The position numbers were made by a program, and so were the translations under genes. DNA of 64,000 nucleotides from Mobula birostris (taxonomy: Eukaryota): NCBI RefSeq assembly GCF_030028105.1, contig NC_092376.1, positions 180,024,080 through 180,088,079 on the forward strand, in the 5' to 3' direction. Below are positions 63,390 through 64,000 of this stretch, one piece after another. The notes below the pieces were generated by a model, which saw nothing but the letters and a program-made list of their open reading frames with translations, ran no database searches and was not told the origin of the DNA. Every line of letters begins with the position of its first letter. Position 1 is the stretch's first letter.

Positions 63390-64000
63390 GTGAGGTTGTT
63401 ATTCGCTGGCGAGAACAACACCTCATGGGTCTCCATTGGATGTACAAATGTTTACTGAATATATTTAGATCATGGAGACTGGATTTGGGAAATATCTATA
63501 AATTAGTCATATTTGCTTTCAATGTGATCTGAATTTCCCGCCGCCTTTTCGGGACCTGCTGCTCTGCTAATGAGTCGTGTGCCTTTTGGTGCTCTTATAG
63601 TGTTTTAGTATTTCATTGCATACTAGAATCAAAAAAATGAGGATGTACGGTTAAAGCACAAAAGTCCTGGATTTATTATCATCTATATTTTTATGGAAGC
63701 AAAATGCGAAATACTGATCACCCTGGTTATTCGCTAGGGCCTGGGGAAGATAAACTAATTGAGTTTTCTTGCTCCAGCCATGATACTGATGTCATGAGTT
63801 TTGGTACTGGATTGATATTTATGTTCAGATTTTGTTTAATGATGTGTTTTACTCAGTCAACTAAAATCAACAGTCATTTGCTTATATAATGTCATAATGT
63901 CATAGTACATAATTATATGACAGTATAATGTAATATAATTGTAATGCTTATTTATTTTAATAATATTTGAATGCCCGACCCCAATTATATAACATTTTAC

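Overview
This window is vertebrate genomic DNA, most likely from a cartilaginous fish. That is inferred from the repeat content (HE1/V-SINE, CR1, Rex1/Babar and Penelope-type repeats) and a batoid-like repeat style. It covers part of a clustered protocadherin (cPcdh) variable region with 11 tandem, co-oriented (+) variable exons of about 2.4 kb, called V1-V11 here. Each encodes a signal peptide, six cadherin repeats, a TM helix and a variable cytoplasmic tail. Ten end in a phase-0 (G/A)AG|GTGAG donor, and no constant exons are present. The exons form subgroup A (V1-V4), three singletons (V5-V7) and a young, converted subgroup B (V8-V11). Spacers carry decayed, often nested transposons. Main observations: (1) All 11 promoters share a rigidly spaced module (GCTTTAAGAAA, inverted CCAAT pair, TGTGACTGGAGATCC) with no obvious CTCF/CGCT element. 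(2) All 11 genes have an out-of-frame ATG exactly 16 nt upstream of the start codon. (3) V1 has lost its ancestral donor (frameshift plus GT>GC) but has a new in-frame GTAAGG donor. (4) All tails carry an invariant PPxY/YxxPhi motif. (5) V8-V11 show domain-restricted homogenisation and patchwork EC3 mosaics. (6) One dispersed repeat has a consensus matching a minimal hammerhead ribozyme.
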